Shown piece by piece: positions 62,336 to 64,000 of a stretch of 64,000 nucleotides of DNA. This DNA comes from a virus. Taxonomy: Duplodnaviria; Caudoviricetes. Location of the stretch: positions 1-64,000 of the IMG/VR virus record IMGVR_UViG_2599185359_000001; one strand, 5' to 3'. The translations under genes were made by a program, and so were the position numbers. How positions within the stretch are numbered: position 1 is the first letter of the stretch; each line of letters starts with the position of its first letter. The notes beneath the pieces are model-generated. The model made no database searches. It had not been told where the DNA came from and was given only the letters and a program-made list of their open reading frames with translations.

Positions 62336-63577
62336 TTATCCGAAGATGCGTTGCGCGGTCTGACGCACGGCCTCGGCCTGCGTGGAGTCCAGGCGATTTG
62401 CGTAGGCGAGCTCGATGCCCTTGCGGAACGCGCCGCCCTTGATCATGCCGATCATGGTCGCGCGGATCGATTCACGCGGTGAGATCGGGAGCGACAGTTC
62501 GCCATTGCCGTACATCTGGCGGATGCGGCTGGCGAAATCGACCATCTTCTCCGCGACGTCCTGGCTGACGCCGACGCGCTGCTTCAGGATTTCGATTTCC
62601 GTCTTCGTCTCGGGATAGTGGACCTGGATGGTCACGCCAAAGCGTGAGTAGGCGGCGGCGTTGCCGATCTTGGTGCCGCTGTAGAGACCGGTATCGTCGC
62701 CCGAGCCGTTGGTGTTGCCCGTCGCGATGAAGCGGAAATTCGGGTGCGGCTTGACCAGACGCTGATGGGGAGGGGCCTCCTTGATGTAGAGCGGCTTGCC
62801 CTCGAGGATCGGCTGATAGACCGCGATCACGGCGGGGTGCGCGAAGTCGTATTCGTCGGCGACATATACCCAGCCGCGCATCATGGCCTCGGCGAGGGGG
62901 CCGTAATCGAACTCGGTGCCCCCGTTGCGGACGACCATCTGCCCGATGATGTGCGCCTCTTCGGTGGTGTCGGTGTGCTGGACACGGACCCAGGGACGAT
63001 GGAGGCGGGCGCAAATCTGCTCGACCAGCGACGTCTTGCCGGTGCCGTGCATCCCCCAGGCGAGCAGCGGGAAGTTGAGCTGCACGGCCATCACGGCATC
63101 CTTGAGCTCTTCGGCGCGGAAGACGTAGCTGTCGTCGATCGCCGGCACCGCCTCGGCATCGGAGACGTCCAGGTTTTGCATCACGTCGATCTGGATGGGG
63201 TCACCCTGCGACGCGCCGCGCTTGGGCGGCGAGCGAAGCTCGTCGGTCAGCGGCATGTCGAACACCTCGAACATGGGCTTCTTGACGGTCGTGCCCGGCT
63301 GGGTGAACGGGAGAACCTTGGCCGCCATCTTCTGGCTGGCCTCGTCCTGGGCGCGACGCTCAGCGGCCCGCCGGGCGGCGGCCTCTTCGAACGTTTTGCT
63401 TTTGGTCGGCGCTTCGGGGTAGTCCGCCTTGTACTTCTGCTCCGTGACGCCAGGATGGGCGTTCGCGAGATGCTTGGGGATGAAGTGCTCGGCCGATCCG
63501 CAGATCTGGCAGAGGACCTTATCGCCGGCTGCGTCGTAATAGCCTTCAGGCTGCTTGAGTGCGGTCGCGGTGCTCAT
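62336..63577 (-). CDS. MoxR/CobS/CbbQ-like AAA+ ATPase with N-terminal C2H2 finger
   Basis: CQIC..H..H, GMHGTGKT, VADEYD, ATGN, RF, SPR. Confidence 0.9.
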   Translation of the reverse strand: MSTATALKQPEGYYDAAGDKVLCQICGSAEHFIPKHLANAHPGVTEQKYKADYPEAPTKSKTFEEAAARRAAERRAQDEASQKMAAKVLPFTQPGTTVKKPMFEVFDMPLTDELRSPPKRGASQGDPIQIDVMQNLDVSDAEAVPAIDDSYVFRAEELKDAVMAVQLNFPLLAWGMHGTGKTSLVEQICARLHRPWVRVQHTDTTEEAHIIGQMVVRNGGTEFDYGPLAEAMMRGWVYVADEYDFAHPAVIAVYQPILEGKPLYIKEAPPHQRLVKPHPNFRFIATGNTNGSGDDTGLYSGTKIGNAAAYSRFGVTIQVHYPETKTEIEILKQRVGVSQDVAEKMVDFASRIRQMYGNGELSLPISPRESIRATMIGMIKGGAFRKGIELAYANRLDSTQAEAVRQTAQRIFG

Positions 63578-63675
63578 TTCTCACTCCTCAGTGCGCTTTT
63601 GCGCTTTCGATGTGTGTCAGTTACCACACGCACAAACCAATTCAAGCGGGAATGTGTGTGGCAGTTCGCATTGGA

Positions 63676-64000
63676 TCAGCCGACAATGAAGCGCTTTAGC
63701 AGCGCCAGCAGCTGCCGGGGCATCTCGTTGACATCGTTGATGACGATGGCGTTGCTGTAATAGGCGGTGGGGCCTGCATGCTGAATGCCCACGCCTACCA
63801 GGTCGATGCCCGAGGCCTCGATCGCCTTCACCACCTGGCGGGACTGCCGGGCATAGGCGCCATAGTCTTCCGCGCTGCGGGCTTCAAAGACCAGGCTGCC
63901 CGGCTCGCCGTCGGTCATGCAGATGAGGATCTTGCGGCGCTCCTTACGCTGCAGAAGGCGACGGGCTGCGAACTCAAGGCCACAACCTTCCGGCGTGTAA
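63676..64000 (-). CDS. vWA-domain (CobT-like) protein, C-terminal part
   Basis: RKILICMTDGEP...GVGI; adjacent to the AAA+ gene; truncated by the window edge. Confidence 0.8.
   Translation of the reverse strand, partial: YTPEGCGLEFAARRLLQRKERRKILICMTDGEPGSLVFEARSAEDYGAYARQSRQVVKAIEASGIDLVGVGIQHAGPTAYYSNAIVINDVNEMPRQLLALLKRFIVG

Larger units (their letters stand above)
1441..64000. mobile_element. Large integrated prophage with SSU5/pHCM2-like phage-plasmid replication gene content; continues beyond the right edge
   Basis: Gene set and order (vWA, AAA+, dnaE, SSB, 5'-3' exonuclease, recA, sbcD, sbcC, ruvC, nrdA, nrdB, thyX, DEDDh exonuclease, ligase); dense coupled small ORFs; starts at a tRNA att fragment. 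Confidence 0.85.

Noticed and set aside
62336-64000. Cobalamin biosynthesis genes cobS/cobT
   Set aside because: No cobN or other cob genes in the window; the phage context fits a MoxR-type AAA+/vWA chaperone pair

Overview
GC-rich (roughly 65%) DNA with alphaproteobacterial character. Bases 1-1236 hold a P4-family tyrosine integrase that belongs to a neighbouring island. Next comes the displaced 3' half of a tRNA-Glu (1401-1440, an att site). From about 1441 to the end of the window is a large prophage with the replication, recombination and nucleotide-metabolism genes typical of SSU5/pHCM2-type phage-plasmids: ATP-dependent ligase, DnaE, gp32-like SSB, 5'-3' exonuclease, RecA, SbcCD, RuvC, NrdAB, ThyX, DEDDh exonuclease and a MoxR/CobS AAA+ plus vWA pair. 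About 30 kb of it is small accessory genes. No virion genes lie in the window. The most unusual signals are not gene calls. (1) A 1.5-kb island (8992-10528) and many promoter-sized patches contain almost no GG/CC except as GGT/ACC, and the island is flanked by GGTCC-dense and CCATGG-dense DNA, which suggests a phage DNA-modification or recognition code. (2) At least nine mostly unrelated proteins end in the same C-terminal tag, (N/S/H)PxWGxF-stop. (3) There are 13 covarying hairpins with an invariant AGCGGT apex, nine at fixed spacing from a CCCGCATCC-type promoter box. (4) A candidate ~420-nt structured ncRNA lies at 19035-19450. All counts were made by eye and all functional interpretations are inference.
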